A stretch of 21,059 nt of DNA from the NCBI GenBank assembly GCA_000388065.2, contig KB932206.1; one strand, given 5' to 3'. Within the stretch, counting starts at the first letter, position 1; each line of letters starts with the position of its first letter. The DNA comes from Fonticula alba ATCC 38817 (lineage: Eukaryota; Protista; Nucleariida). Below, in pieces: positions 20,907 to 21,059 of this stretch. A program made the position numbers and the translations under genes. Below the pieces are notes generated by a model that did no database searches, was not told the origin of the DNA, and worked only from the letters and a program-made list of their open reading frames with translations.

Positions 20907-20919
20907 CCCCCCTGGCCAG

Positions 20920-21059
20920 CCGCCCACCCGGACCCCGCGGCGACGCGCCCCCCACAACACGAGCCACAGCATCGGCGGCGCCTGGCCCCGGGGCCCGGCA
21001 TAGTGCTCCACAGCTGCCGCCACCCCCCCCCTCCGGCTGGTCGTGCCTCCGCCAGTGCA
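20920..21059 (+). CDS. Possible further ACAP exon (low-complexity tail), open at window end
   Basis: Poly-C tract then ggccag at 20919. The phase-1 continuation stays open to the window end (AHPDPAATRPPQHEPQ...). There is no homology support and other acceptors are possible. Confidence 0.3.

Overview
GC-rich, intron-rich eukaryotic genomic DNA from a draft scaffold with six N gaps. Base composition, intron style and gene content suggest a unicellular opisthokont such as Fonticula alba (inference only). Four spliced protein-coding genes were reconstructed by hand from GT-AG junctions, phase matching and motif continuity. (1) A Rab8/Sec4-family GTPase (+, 312-2116, 6 exons, 222 aa). (2) A protein with an N-terminal MIT-like/VPS9D1-like helical module and a divergent CDC25 (RasGEF) domain (+, 4124-7717, 7 exons, about 828 aa). 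(3) An ACAP/centaurin-beta-type ArfGAP with BAR, PH, ArfGAP and ankyrin domains (+, from 11568). Some of its BAR exons are hidden in a gap, and a further exon lies at 20632-20752. (4) A 5'-incomplete B-box/coiled-coil (TRIM-like) gene (-, 20237-17320) that as assembled sits antisense inside an ACAP intron. An exact 34-nt overlap between two contig ends suggests this nesting is a scaffolding error. No RNA genes, transposons or CRISPR arrays are supported. Most long ORFs in the supplied track are GC-rich shadow ORFs or run through N gaps.
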